A stretch of 63,767 nucleotides of DNA, the filler included, from Chiloscyllium plagiosum (Eukaryota), in assembly GCF_004010195.1 (NCBI RefSeq). It is 16 parts of 16 records of this genome, joined end to end, with 100 filler letters (N's around TTAATTAATTAA, not from the genome) between each part and the next. Parts side by side here need not be neighbours in the genome. Positions count along the whole stretch, not along the records: positions 62,214 to 63,767 come from NW_025161329.1; 15 more parts are not named here. One strand, given 5' to 3'. The position numbers and the translations under genes were made by a program. The notes below the pieces were generated by a model. That model was not told the origin of the DNA and did not search any database. It saw nothing but the letters and a program-made list of their open reading frames with translations. Within the stretch, counting starts at the first letter, position 1. Each line of letters begins with the position of its first letter. Below, piece by piece: positions 62,687 through 63,767 of the stretch.

Positions 62687-63767
62687 TCTGATAACTTGTG
62701 GAAAACGGTTCTGTCAAGAGCTTTCTAAACAAACCAGATCCAGGAGTGTTGAACTAAAGTACAGTGACCCGGATTTATATGGTCATCAGAAGGGGCAGGT
62801 TTACAGGTTCCGCCTATTGGTTTCCTGCTGGAGGCTGAGACTGGATCCTCGTATCACCTTGCACAGCCCTTACAGATAGGTTCATATTTACACGAGATTA
62901 TTCTTAAACATGGAAATATACACACCTTGGGATATTGTTTTGCTGATTAGCCTGCTAGGAAGTGTTTTTTGAATGGGGAAAGTGAAATTTAACAGCTTGA
63001 AGTATTTTTCAAATGAAGTTTTCAGATATTTTGTTTAAAACAACAAAACAAATTCAATTGGAAGTTGGCTCTCTGTATTTTAACATGCATTCACGAGTAA
63101 ATAAAACTAAAACCAAAGTTCGAAGATATTACCAGCCAAATAATTAACTGGCCATATTTTTTTCTGGACACTCCAAGTCTCCGAATAACTTGTAAATCAT
63201 ACCAGAAGTTTCTAAATTCACTTTATGCAACTGAATACAGAGCGTGTTCAAAGTGATTATGTATAGAATATTCAATTGGAAATTAACTCCCTTTAATTCT
63301 ACATTCAACCACAAGCAGAAAAAGCTAAAACGAAGTTCAATACCATTGTCAGACAATACAATTACTGACTTTATTTCTGCAACCACTCAAGTTTCTCTCA
63401 AATTACAAAATAAGATATCATTTGTATTTGGCATTTCTAAATTCAATTTAGGCAAGCTAATATCCAGCATGTCTAAAATGAATATGTTAAGAATGTGTGT
63501 GTATGTCACTAAACTGTTTGGATACGGAGATTAGAAGAACCTCACCATATTACAGAATCTCTCTCCTTGTATCTTTTTTTAACATGCACCGACCACAAGA
63601 TAAATATTTGAAAACGTATTGTAAAGGAAAGCTGTGTGCCCGAGAAATAAAAAGGGAATTGACAGTGATACGTAACACTCAGGTAAACCTTTGAAAGAGA
63701 ATCTAATAAAGTGGAGCAGGCTGGTGAGAAGTTTGAAAATATTTCTCAACATCTAAACCATTGCAGG

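Overview
Eukaryotic DNA from a cartilaginous fish. The Ig sequences closely resemble nurse/bamboo shark genes, as recognised from memory rather than by search. The window is not one contiguous locus: it is 16 short contigs joined by 15 identical artificial 100-bp linkers (44 N + TTAATTAATTAA + 44 N), and every contig carries a piece of an adaptive-immune gene. Ig kappa (NS4-type): three C exons, one split L-V-(12RSS)...(23RSS)-J cluster, and one already-joined, out-of-frame VJ. IgM: four C-mu1 exons, a C-mu3/C-mu4-secretory pseudogene, a VH-D1-D2 piece with RSSs, and a leader-VH. There are also three non-classical MHC class I fragments; both available alpha2 exons lack the two canonical cysteines. 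One V exon is missed by the ORF track (61530-61839, minus). It looks like a leaderless NAR-TCR 'supporting' TCR-delta V. The most striking observation is that this V is followed by three tandem 23-bp-spacer RSSs at ~60-bp period, with the V reading frame open through them. The rest is CR1-type LINEs, Penelope-like elements with minimal hammerhead motifs, tRNA-derived SINEs and microsatellites.
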